Positions 55,757-64,000 of a stretch of DNA of 64,000 nucleotides are shown here, piece by piece. Every line of letters begins with the position of its first letter. Position 1 is the first letter of the stretch. Where the stretch lies: contig PLNR01000005.1 of assembly GCA_003141835.1 (NCBI GenBank), positions 53,108 to 117,107 on the forward strand, read 5' to 3'. The notes under the pieces are model-generated. The model was not told the origin of the DNA, ran no database searches, and worked only from the letters and a program-made list of their open reading frames with translations. The stretch is from Candidatus Omnitrophota bacterium (lineage in GTDB: Bacteria; Omnitrophota; Gorgyraeia; Pluralincolimonadales; Pluralincolimonadaceae). The position numbers and the translations under genes are program-made.

Positions 55757-57734
55757 GACGATAGGCAGAAAACTTAAAAATATAGTGATAGGCGGGGCGC
55801 ACGACCCGCACGATAAGAAACTATTCCATAATATCTCCCTTATAGCTTTCTTCGCGTGGATAGGTATCGGCGCTGACGGCCTTTCTTCGTCTTGCTACGG
55901 TCCGCAGGAAGCGTTCCTAGCGTTACAGGGGCATATGTACCTGGGCATATTCGTCGCCCTGCTTTCTGCCGCTACCATCATCATCATAAGCACTAGCTAT
56001 TCGCAGATAGTCGAGGTATTCCCATCAGGCGGCGGAGGGTATCTTGTCGCCAGCAAACTGCTTTCTCCGAGGACCGGAATGGTCTCCGGCTGCGCCCTCC
56101 TGATAGACTACATACTTACGATAACCGTCTCTGTCGCGGCCGGTGCAGACGCGGTTTTTAGTTTCCTTCCGGCGAGCTGGTATCCTTACAGGCTTTTATT
56201 CGCCTGTCTTGTATTGTTCGGACTTATACTGCTTAATCTGAGGGGCGTAAAGGAATCCGTGCTGGTCCTTATGCCGATCTTCATAATATTCATGATAACC
56301 CATATATTGCTGATCTTATATGCCCTCTCGCTGCATGCCTCGAATTTCCCGCAGGTCGTATCGCAGACTAGGCTCGACGCGAGCGGGACGGCCGCACAAC
56401 TCGGATTTTTCGGGATGATATTCCTCATATTAAGGGCATACAGTATGGGTGCAGGTACTTATACCGGTATAGAGGCGGTCAGTAACTCTCTTCCCGTTTT
56501 AAGGGAGCCGAAAGTCGAGACAGCGAAGCGGACGATGCTCTACATGTCCCTGTCTCTCGCTTTTATGGTCTTGGGCCTTACGCTTGCTTACGTCCTTTTT
56601 AAGATACAGTTCCAGGAAGGCAAGACATTAAACGCCGTATTACTGGAGCAAGTGACCGGCTCATGGAGTAGGAGTTGGGGAGTGCCGTTTGTCCTGATAA
56701 CGCTCGTCTCCGAAGCAGTACTGCTTTTCGTCGCGGCGCAGACCGGTTTTATCGACGGGCCGAGGGTGTTATCGTATATGGCGCTCGACAAATGGGTCCC
56801 GACAAGGTTCGCGACGTTAAGCGACCGTTTTGTCACGTTAAACGGTGTCCTGATAATGGGCGCCGGGGCATTGATACTGATGATTGTTACCCAGGGCTCA
56901 GTCGCGCTCCTGGTCGTCCTCTATAGTATCAACGTTTTTATAACCTTCACCCTTTCGCAGGCGGGGATGGTCCGTCACTGGTGGATAGAGCGCAAGGTAT
57001 TGTCATCGTGGCGCAGGAAACTCGCGATAAACAGCATCGGCCTGATCATGACCGCTTTTATACTTATATCGATCATCGTGGTGAAATTCACAGAGGGTGG
57101 ATGGATAACGCTGGTCGTGACCGGGAGCCTTGTCGCAGTAGTGCTTATAATAAAACGCAATTATGAAAATACCGCTAAACTGTTAAAAAGGCTCGATGCC
57201 CTTGTAATGGCGGCCGGTTATTCAAGCTCCGAGGAGATCCCGGGCATAACAAAGAAAGAGATAGGGGAGTTCGACCCGGAGGCCAAGACGGCCGTCCTGC
57301 TCGTCAACGGATTTAACGGGATGGGGCTCCATACGCTCTTCAACGTCTTCCGGCTCTTCGGGGATTCGTTCAAGAATTTCGTTTTCGTCCAGATAGGCGT
57401 CATAGACGCGGGGAATTTCAAGGGGGCGGCCGAATTAGACAAGCTGCAGGCGCAAGCCAAGAGCGAGATAGACCGCTACGTCAAATTTGTCCAGCAGCAC
57501 GGCTACCATGCCGAAGGCCTCTTCTCGATCGGCACCGACGTGGTCGAGGAGGCCTCAAAACTCGGCCCGAAGATAGTCGAAAAATATCCTCAGTCAGTCT
57601 TTTTCGGGGGACAGATAGTCTTCCCGAAGGAGACCTTCCTTACCAGATTGCTACACAACTATACGGTATTTTCGATGCAGAGGAAGTTCTACCACGAGGG
57701 GATACCGGTAGTCATCCTTCCGATAAGGGTATGA
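55743..57734 (+). CDS. APC-superfamily permease with C-terminal cytoplasmic domain
   Basis: About 12 TM helices with GADGLSSSCYGPQEA-type N-terminal motif of amino-acid/cation permeases. About 190-aa soluble C-terminal extension. Confidence 0.65.
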   Translation: MGPDKTIGRKLKNIVIGGAHDPHDKKLFHNISLIAFFAWIGIGADGLSSSCYGPQEAFLALQGHMYLGIFVALLSAATIIIISTSYSQIVEVFPSGGGGYLVASKLLSPRTGMVSGCALLIDYILTITVSVAAGADAVFSFLPASWYPYRLLFACLVLFGLILLNLRGVKESVLVLMPIFIIFMITHILLILYALSLHASNFPQVVSQTRLDASGTAAQLGFFGMIFLILRAYSMGAGTYTGIEAVSNSLPVLREPKVETAKRTMLYMSLSLAFMVLGLTLAYVLFKIQFQEGKTLNAVLLEQVTGSWSRSWGVPFVLITLVSEAVLLFVAAQTGFIDGPRVLSYMALDKWVPTRFATLSDRFVTLNGVLIMGAGALILMIVTQGSVALLVVLYSINVFITFTLSQAGMVRHWWIERKVLSSWRRKLAINSIGLIMTAFILISIIVVKFTEGGWITLVVTGSLVAVVLIIKRNYENTAKLLKRLDALVMAAGYSSSEEIPGITKKEIGEFDPEAKTAVLLVNGFNGMGLHTLFNVFRLFGDSFKNFVFVQIGVIDAGNFKGAAELDKLQAQAKSEIDRYVKFVQQHGYHAEGLFSIGTDVVEEASKLGPKIVEKYPQSVFFGGQIVFPKETFLTRLLHNYTVFSMQRKFYHEGIPVVILPIRV

Positions 57735-57867
57735 AATAAATTTCCGGGAGCTCTTGACAAATCCGGGATATATGGTAAAATATCTGCCAGTAAGATCGTT
57801 ATAGACAAAGGCGTTCCACATTGGGGCGTCTTTTTATTTTTACAAAATACACGCTTAATTTCTCATT

Positions 57868-57992
57868 ATCACCCGCGTCTATCGGGGATAAAAGAGGAAG
57901 CGGGGGAACCAAGTTTTTGGGGCGAATATCTGAAGTTTAGATTAGGGCCGCTCAGCCCGAGTCCGACAGCTAACCTCGTCAGCCCATTTTAG
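57868..57992 (+). ncRNA. candidate c-di-AMP (ydaO/kimA-type) riboswitch in kdp leader
   Basis: Leader contains CGGGGGAACCA, GGGGCGAAT and CCGACAGCTAACCTCGT blocks resembling the two pseudo-symmetric conserved segments of the ydaO motif. Followed directly by a terminator. Assignment by memory only. Confidence 0.4.
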
Positions 57993-58029
57993 AGAGAACA
58001 CACCGGAGAATGCGTTCTCTGGTTTTTTA
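57993..58029 (+). terminator. rho-independent terminator / attenuator upstream of kdpF
   Basis: AGAGAAC (14-nt loop) GTTCTCT then GGTTTTTTATTT. Confidence 0.7.
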
Positions 58030-58087
58030 TTTGGAGCGAAAGCGACATACCTGCCTATAGGCAGGTATTACGATCAAGGAGGATGAA

Positions 58088-58168
58088 ATGGACGTTATTT
58101 TCGTAGCGTTAATAATTTTTCTTACGGTGATTTCCTTTGGCTTTATCGCCCTCTGCGATAAGGTCTGA
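58088..58168 (+). CDS. KdpF-like 26-aa hydrophobic peptide
   Basis: AAGGAGG RBS. MDVIFVALIIFLTVISFGFIALCDKV single TM. Precedes canonical kdpF. Confidence 0.45.
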   Translation: MDVIFVALIIFLTVISFGFIALCDKV

Positions 58169-58180
58169 CAGGAGGCATTG

Positions 58181-58270
58181 ATGACGGCTATTTACTGGAT
58201 CGGCGGTATTGTTTCTCTCGTTATTTTTGTTTATTTGTTGGTCGCTTTATTGAAGCCGGAGATATTCTAA
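58181..58270 (+). CDS. kdpF: KdpF, 29-aa subunit of the Kdp ATPase
   Basis: MTAIYWIGGIVSLVIFVYLLVALLKPEIF matches the KdpF pattern (aromatic/Gly-rich TM ending ALLxPExF). Stop shares a base with the kdpA ATG. Confidence 0.7.
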   Translation: MTAIYWIGGIVSLVIFVYLLVALLKPEIF

Positions 58271-60018
58271 TGAGCTGGAATGACCTGATACAGAGCGTCA
58301 TTTTTCTCGGGGTGCTGCTTTTATTGGTAAAGCCGCTAGGGACATATATGGCGCGTATATACGAAGGCAAGCCGGCCGGAGTCAATGTCTGGCTGGGCCC
58401 GCTCGAGAGAGGGATCTATCGGCTCTCCGGAGCGGATCCCGAGAGGGAGATGTCGTGGAAGACGTATACGGCAGCCGTTATGTTGTTTAACATTATCGGC
58501 TTAATAGTCGTATATGGCCTCCAGCGCCTTCAGGCGCATCTTCCCTTGAACTCGATGTCCATGGCCGCGGTGAGCCCGGATTTGTCTTTTAATACGGCCG
58601 TCAGTTTTGCCACGAACACGAACTGGCAGAGCTACGGCGGCGAGACGACCTTGAGCTATTTTACCCAGATGCTCGGGCTGACGGTGCAGAATTTCGTTTC
58701 TGCCGCGACCGGGATGGCAGTACTTATAGCTTTTATAAGGGGATTTATCCGGAAACAGGCCGAGACGATAGGCAACTTCTGGGTAGACCTGGTCAGGTCG
58801 ACGCTATATATACTGATACCGCTTTCGCTGATACTTGCTTTATTGTTGGTCTCCCAGGGAGTCGTGCAGACATTTAATCCGAGCGCGAAGGTCGCGTTGC
58901 TCCAGCCGACGCAAAATGCGGACGGGAAACCTGTCACGGAACAGGTGCTTGCTCTCGGCCCGGCCGCGTCGCAGATCGCCATCAAGCAGCTGGGTACGAA
59001 CGGCGGAGGGTTCTTTAACGTCAATTCCGCGCATCCTTTCGAAAATCCTACGCCTCTGTCAAACTTTCTCGAGGTCATATCGATACTCGTGATATCCGCC
59101 GCTTTGTGTTACACCTTCGGTTACATGGTCAGGGACAAGCGCCAGGGATGGGCCTTATTGGCAGCGATGCTCATCATCTTTATCCCTTGTCTTTGGATAT
59201 GCGTCCACTTTGAGCAAATAGGCAATCCCGCTTTTGACCGCTTGGGGATCGACCGGAAAGCCGCCGCCTCCCAGCCGGGCGGGAACATGGAAGGCAAAGA
59301 GGCCCGTTTCGGTATAGCAAGTTCCGCTATCTGGGCGACGGCTACTACGGCTGCCTCCAACGGGTCGGTAAATTCGATGCACGACTCTTACATGCCGCTT
59401 GGCGGCCTGGTCCCGATGTGGCTTATGCAATTGGGAGAGGTCATATTCGGCGGCGTAGGGTCAGGCCTTTACGGGATGCTTGCGTTTGTGATCGTCGCCG
59501 TCTTTATCGCCGGGCTCATGATCGGCCGGACTCCTGAATATCTGGGCAAGAAGATAGAGTCTTTTGAGATGAAGATGGCCGCGCTCATACTTTTGATACC
59601 TCACATGTGCGTCCTTATCGGGACCGCGCTCGCCGTGGTCTTGCCCAAGGCGAAGGCGGCCATATTCAATCCCGGCGCCCACGGTTTCAGCGAAGTGCTC
59701 TATGCATTCACTTCCGCGGGGAACAATAACGGCAGCGCGTTCGCCGGCCTGGGCACTAATACGTTTTTTTACAATATAGCTTTAGGGTTGGCGATGTTCT
59801 TTTCCCGGTATTGGCTCATCATACCGACGCTGGCGATCGCAGGTTCGCTTTCCAGGAAGAAGATAGTGCCCGCGACCCAGGGGACTTTGCCCACTCACAC
59901 TCCGCTTTTTATCGTCTTTCTGGTCATGGTCGTCCTGATCGTCGGGGCGCTTACTTTTTTTCCTGCGATGGCCCTTGGCCCGATCGTAGAGCACTTGATG
60001 CTATATGCCGGTCAATAG
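58270..60018 (+). CDS. kdpA: potassium-transporting ATPase subunit A
   Basis: 582 aa polytopic. TNGGGFF, NAD/NNGSAF selectivity-filter-like motifs typical of KdpA. Confidence 0.9.
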   Translation: MSWNDLIQSVIFLGVLLLLVKPLGTYMARIYEGKPAGVNVWLGPLERGIYRLSGADPEREMSWKTYTAAVMLFNIIGLIVVYGLQRLQAHLPLNSMSMAAVSPDLSFNTAVSFATNTNWQSYGGETTLSYFTQMLGLTVQNFVSAATGMAVLIAFIRGFIRKQAETIGNFWVDLVRSTLYILIPLSLILALLLVSQGVVQTFNPSAKVALLQPTQNADGKPVTEQVLALGPAASQIAIKQLGTNGGGFFNVNSAHPFENPTPLSNFLEVISILVISAALCYTFGYMVRDKRQGWALLAAMLIIFIPCLWICVHFEQIGNPAFDRLGIDRKAAASQPGGNMEGKEARFGIASSAIWATATTAASNGSVNSMHDSYMPLGGLVPMWLMQLGEVIFGGVGSGLYGMLAFVIVAVFIAGLMIGRTPEYLGKKIESFEMKMAALILLIPHMCVLIGTALAVVLPKAKAAIFNPGAHGFSEVLYAFTSAGNNNGSAFAGLGTNTFFYNIALGLAMFFSRYWLIIPTLAIAGSLSRKKIVPATQGTLPTHTPLFIVFLVMVVLIVGALTFFPAMALGPIVEHLMLYAGQ

Positions 60019-60027
60019 GAGGTTTAG

Positions 60028-62106
60028 ATGGACAGGTCACATAAAGCAAGATCATTATTTGAGCCGGCTATAGTCGGGCCGGCGGCCATAGATTCGTTCA
60101 GGAAGCTGGACCCGAGGCACCAGATAAAGAATCCGGTGATGTTCGTGGTATTGGTAGTGAGCGTATTGACCACCGGATTATGGTTCCAGGCGTTGATTAG
60201 CCGCGGGGAAGCCCCGGCCAGTTTTATCCTGGCGATAACTTTATGGCTGTGGTTTACCCTGATCTTCGCGAATTTCTCTGAGGCGATGGCTGAAGGACGC
60301 GGAAAAGCGCAAGCAGCCAGCCTTAGGAAAGCCAGGAAGGATACCCCCGCAAAAAAATTGGCAAAGCCAAAATTCGGCTCTAATTACGATATGGTCTCGG
60401 CTACGGCTCTCAGGAAAGGGGATGTCGTCCTTATCGAGGCCGGGGACATGATCCCGATGGACGGGGAAGTCATAGAGGGCGTAGCTTCGGTCGATGAGAG
60501 CGCCATTACCGGAGAGAGTGCGCCTGTCATACGCGAAAGCGGCGGAGACCGCAGCGCGGTTACCGGCGGCACGCGCGTCCTTTCCGACTGGCTTGTCGTG
60601 CGCATCAGCTCAAATCCCGGGGAGACATTCCTTGACCACATGATCGAGATGGTCGAAGGGGCCAAGAGGCAGAAGACCCCCAATGAGATAGCCCTCAGCA
60701 TACTGCTGGCGGTATTTACCATTATTTTTCTTTTGGCGACGATCACACTTTTACCATTTTCTATTTACAGTGTGGTCACATCCGGTCACGGATCGCCAAT
60801 CACGGTGACCGTATTGGCAGCGCTGCTCGTTTGCCTTATTCCTACGACTATAGGCGGTTTATTACCTGCTATCGGGATAGCGGGTATGGACAGGATGATC
60901 CAGGCCAATGTCATCGCCACTTCGGGCCGGGCGGTAGAAGCGGCCGGAGATGTCGACGTCCTGCTCTTGGATAAGACAGGGACCATTACTCTCGGTAACA
61001 GGCAGGCCGTGTCCTTTATCCCGGCTCAAGGCGTTGGCGCTGAAGCGTTGGCTGATGCGGCGCAGATATCCTCTTTATCCGACGAGACGCCTGAGGGAAG
61101 GAGTATCGTCGTTTTGGCCAAAGAGAAATATAATATCAGGGAACGCCAGATACATGAGCTCAACGCGAAATTCATCCCCTTCACGGCGCAGACGCGGATG
61201 AGCGGCGTAGACTTAGGCGACGGCAGGCAGATCCGGAAAGGCGCCGTTGATGCTATCGAGAAGTACATAAAAGAACTCGGAGGGTCATTCCCCGAAGACC
61301 TTAAGGCGAGCATCACATCGATATCCAAAAGCGGAGGCACACCGCTTGTAGTAGCGGAACATAAACATGTGCTCGGCGTCATCCATTTGAAAGATATTGT
61401 CAAAGGCGGCATTAAAGAGCGTTTCGCGGAATTGCGGCGGATGGGCATCAAGACCATAATGATCACGGGAGACAATCCCCTGACCGCGGCAGCTATTTCC
61501 GCCGAAGCCGGCATGGATGATTTCCTTGCTCAGGCTACTCCCGAGACCAAGCTTAAACTCATCCGCGATATGCAGACAGGAGGCAGGCTCGTCGCCATGA
61601 CCGGCGACGGCACTAATGACGCGCCGGCCCTCGCGCAGGCGGACGTCGCTGTTGCCATGAACACCGGGACGCAGGCGGCTAAAGAGGCCGGAAACCTGAT
61701 AGACCTTGATTCCAACCCAACAAAGCTGATCGAGATCGTGGAGATAGGCAAACAGCTTCTAATGACGCGCGGGTCATTGACCACTTTCAGTATCGCCAAT
61801 GACGTCTCGAAATATTTCGCGATAATACCCGCGGCGTTCGTAGGGACTTACCCGGCGCTCGGCGCGCTTAACATAATGCACCTGGCAACACCGGCAAGCG
61901 CTGTCTTGTCCGCGGTCATTTTTAACGCGATCATCATAGTAGCTTTGATCCCGCTTGCTTTGCGCGGCATACCTTATAAACCGATGCCGGCAAGCAAGCT
62001 GTTAAGGGATAACCTTTGGATCTACGGTGCAGGCGGCATCATAACGCCGTTCATTGGCATTAAATTAATAGATATGATCCTGGTCGCTTTACACTTGGTG
62101 AGGTAA
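60028..62106 (+). CDS. kdpB: potassium-transporting P-type ATPase subunit B
   Basis: DKTGTIT phosphorylation motif, [16 protein letters not shown] hinge motif. Confidence 0.95.
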   Translation: MDRSHKARSLFEPAIVGPAAIDSFRKLDPRHQIKNPVMFVVLVVSVLTTGLWFQALISRGEAPASFILAITLWLWFTLIFANFSEAMAEGRGKAQAASLRKARKDTPAKKLAKPKFGSNYDMVSATALRKGDVVLIEAGDMIPMDGEVIEGVASVDESAITGESAPVIRESGGDRSAVTGGTRVLSDWLVVRISSNPGETFLDHMIEMVEGAKRQKTPNEIALSILLAVFTIIFLLATITLLPFSIYSVVTSGHGSPITVTVLAALLVCLIPTTIGGLLPAIGIAGMDRMIQANVIATSGRAVEAAGDVDVLLLDKTGTITLGNRQAVSFIPAQGVGAEALADAAQISSLSDETPEGRSIVVLAKEKYNIRERQIHELNAKFIPFTAQTRMSGVDLGDGRQIRKGAVDAIEKYIKELGGSFPEDLKASITSISKSGGTPLVVAEHKHVLGVIHLKDIVKGGIKERFAELRRMGIKTIMITGDNPLTAAAISAEAGMDDFLAQATPETKLKLIRDMQTGGRLVAMTGDGTNDAPALAQADVAVAMNTGTQAAKEAGNLIDLDSNPTKLIEIVEIGKQLLMTRGSLTTFSIANDVSKYFAIIPAAFVGTYPALGALNIMHLATPASAVLSAVIFNAIIIVALIPLALRGIPYKPMPASKLLRDNLWIYGAGGIITPFIGIKLIDMILVALHLVR

Positions 62107-62109
62107 AAA

Positions 62110-62691
62110 ATGATAAAAGAACAAGTCAAGCCGGCGATTTTGATATTTATAATATTAACGGTGATCACGGGGATCGTATATCCGCTTTTTGTAACAGGCG
62201 TTTCCAAGGCGCTTTTTCCAAAAAAGGCGGAAGGGAGCCTGATCTATCGGGACGGTAAGGCCGTCGGATCATCGCTTATCGGACAGCCGTTCGATGATCC
62301 GAAGTACCTGTGGGGCCGCATCTCCGCGACATCGCCGGCGCAATATAACGCCTCATCTTCATCGGGTTCTAATATCGGTCCCTCGAATCCCGCCTTGGTC
62401 GACGAGATAAAGGGACGCATCAAAGCGCTGCAGGCGGCCGATCCGGGCAACAAAGCGCCGATCCCGGTAGACCTTGTCACTTCTTCATCGAGCGGATTAG
62501 ACCCGCATATTAGCCTGGCCGCCGCGGATTACCAGGTGCCGCGCATCGCGCGCCTCAGTGGATTACCCGAAGAAACGGTCAGGGGTATCGTAAAACAGCA
62601 TACCTATGGACGGTTCCTGGGATTGATCGGTGAGCCGGTCGTGAACGTGCTGGAAGTGAACCTGGCGCTGGACGGATACAAAAATAAATAG
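62110..62691 (+). CDS. kdpC: potassium-transporting ATPase subunit C
   Basis: 193 aa, single N-terminal TM. SGLDPHIS and YQVPRIAR motifs of KdpC. Confidence 0.85.
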   Translation: MIKEQVKPAILIFIILTVITGIVYPLFVTGVSKALFPKKAEGSLIYRDGKAVGSSLIGQPFDDPKYLWGRISATSPAQYNASSSSGSNIGPSNPALVDEIKGRIKALQAADPGNKAPIPVDLVTSSSSGLDPHISLAAADYQVPRIARLSGLPEETVRGIVKQHTYGRFLGLIGEPVVNVLEVNLALDGYKNK

Positions 62692-62723
62692 CGTAAAAAG
62701 CGAATAGGATATATCATATCCAT

Positions 62724-64000
62724 ATGGAAAAACGTCCGAACCCGGATGAAATATTAGCGAGGGTCAAAGCGGAAGAGGCCCGTCGCGGAAAACTCAAGAT
62801 ATTCTTCGGCGCCGTTGCGGGTGTCGGCAAGACCTATTCGATGCTCGAGGCCGCAAGATCGCGTAAAAAAGAAGGCATCGATGCCGTAGTCGGCTACGCG
62901 GAAACTCATAAGCGCGCCGAAACCGAAGCGCTCCTGGAAGGCCTCGAGATACTTCCCCCAAAGATAATCCCGTACAAAAATGTCGACCTGCGCGAATTCG
63001 ATGTCGACGCCGCATTAAAAAGGAACCCCGGCCTTATTTTAGTCGATGAATTAGCTCACACGAACGCTCCCGGGTCGCGCCATACCAAACGCTGGCAGGA
63101 TATCGATGAGCTTCTTGATAAGGGCATCAATGTTTATACGACGTTAAATGTGCAGCATTGCGAGAGCGCTAACGATATAGTCTCCCAGGTGACCGGTATC
63201 ACGGTGCAGGAGACCGTCCCCGATACATTTATCGAGAAGGCCGATGAGATGGAGCTTGTCGACCTGCCTTCCGAAGAGCTGCTTAAACGCCTTAAGGAAG
63301 GGAAGGTCTATCTCGGCGAGCAGGCAGAACGCGCTGCCCAGCATTTCTTCCAGCCGGGTAACCTGATCGCTTTACGCCAGTTGGCTCTGCGTTATACCGA
63401 ACGCAACGTCGATACCCAATTGATGTCATATAAGAGGGCGCATTCTGTCTCAAAGATCTGGAACGTAAGGGACAGGTTTTTGGTATGCATAAGCCCGAGC
63501 CCGACCGCGATGCGTTTGATAAGGGCAGGCAAGCGCATATCCTCGGACCTGGGTGAAGAGTGGATAGTCGCGTATGTCGAGACCCTTGCGGAATTGCGCC
63601 CCGAGGACAGGAACAGGGTGGCCGAGATGATGAATTTCGCGGAAAAGCTTGGCGCGGAGACCGTTACGCTCAGCGGCCAGGAGGTCGCCGATACATTGAT
63701 CTCTTACGCGCGCTCAAGGAACGTCACCAAGATAATCGTGGGAAAACCCGGCAAACCCAGGTTGCGGGAGCGCATTTTAGGGTCCGTAATAGACAAATTG
63801 GCGAGAAAATGCGGGGAGATAGACCTGTACCTATTGAGCGGCGATGTCCAGGCGCAGCCGGTCAAATTTAAGCCGCCTGTTTTAAAGCCATTTTCCTGGA
63901 AGAATCTCGGCTGGTCCGTAGGCATAATAGCCCTTTGCTCCCTGATCGACCGGATGCTGTTATCTCATCTTGCCCTCGTAAACTTGATAATGATCTACCT
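62724..64000 (+). CDS. kdpD: sensor histidine kinase KdpD, N-terminal part (runs off window)
   Basis: KdpD N-terminal P-loop KIFFGAVAGVGKTYSMLEAA, then Usp-like domain and start of the TM region. No stop before the window end. Confidence 0.85.
   Translation, partial: MEKRPNPDEILARVKAEEARRGKLKIFFGAVAGVGKTYSMLEAARSRKKEGIDAVVGYAETHKRAETEALLEGLEILPPKIIPYKNVDLREFDVDAALKRNPGLILVDELAHTNAPGSRHTKRWQDIDELLDKGINVYTTLNVQHCESANDIVSQVTGITVQETVPDTFIEKADEMELVDLPSEELLKRLKEGKVYLGEQAERAAQHFFQPGNLIALRQLALRYTERNVDTQLMSYKRAHSVSKIWNVRDRFLVCISPSPTAMRLIRAGKRISSDLGEEWIVAYVETLAELRPEDRNRVAEMMNFAEKLGAETVTLSGQEVADTLISYARSRNVTKIIVGKPGKPRLRERILGSVIDKLARKCGEIDLYLLSGDVQAQPVKFKPPVLKPFSWKNLGWSVGIIALCSLIDRMLLSHLALVNLIMIY

Noticed and set aside
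57781-57845. Possible terminator after the APC permease (GGCGTTCCACATTGGGGCGTCTTTTTATTTTT)
   Set aside because: The T-run is present but I could not find a convincing complementary stem. It is left unannotated.

Overview
The window is almost entirely + strand and operon-like, with frequent ATGA/TAATG start-stop overlaps. It looks like one contiguous bacterial chromosomal segment of mixed GC (about 38-60%) from an uncultivated lineage. No rRNA, tRNA, CRISPR array or transposase was recognised.

(1) 140-29141: a ~29 kb Wzx/Wzy-type glycan assembly locus.
- It carries four radical-SAM enzymes: three B12-binding (one on the minus strand) and one with a Cys-rich SPASM/twitch-like tail.
- It carries two asparagine-synthase-like amidotransferases, one fused to a GT9 heptosyltransferase-like domain.
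- It carries five class-I methyltransferase domains, one fused to a GT4 glycosyltransferase.
- It also carries a tandem two-domain GT2, several GT4, two CgeB-like genes and an NAD-epimerase.

(2) 29149-35761: NagA, a PiT-like permease, a JAMM/MPN+ peptidase plus ThiF/MoeB E1-like pair with no ubiquitin-like partner, TerC, a GalT-like enzyme and a secreted GH16-discoidin protein.

(3) 35781-40832: a TetR-controlled efflux operon (HlyD adaptor, ABC ATPase, ABC-2 permease, TolC). It has a consensus sigma70 promoter and a perfect 26-bp palindromic operator.

(4) 40833-41660: a sharply AT-rich islet with its own promoter and two small orphan ORFs, each preceded by the same ~24-nt GC-rich motif.

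(5) 42175-43723: QueH, a zinc-ribbon protein, NifU and a small exported protein.

(6) 43929-49236: two paralogous secreted GH-A clan (TIM-barrel) glycosidases flanking three tandem paralogous secreted putative carbohydrate-binding proteins. One glycosidase has a His-rich membrane-anchored N-terminus.

(7) 49261-57734: a HAMP/HExxH membrane protein, an M48 peptidase, a CBM9-like protein, ThyX, an ECF sigma/anti-sigma pair, and MFS and APC permeases.

(8) 57868-64000: a candidate c-di-AMP (ydaO-type) riboswitch with terminator, followed by two KdpF-like peptides and kdpABC-kdpD (kdpD runs off the window).

The most novel-looking parts are the radical-SAM/amidotransferase/methyltransferase-laden glycan locus, the AT-rich repeat-flanked cassette islet, and the triplicated secreted-protein array between the glycosidase paralogs.
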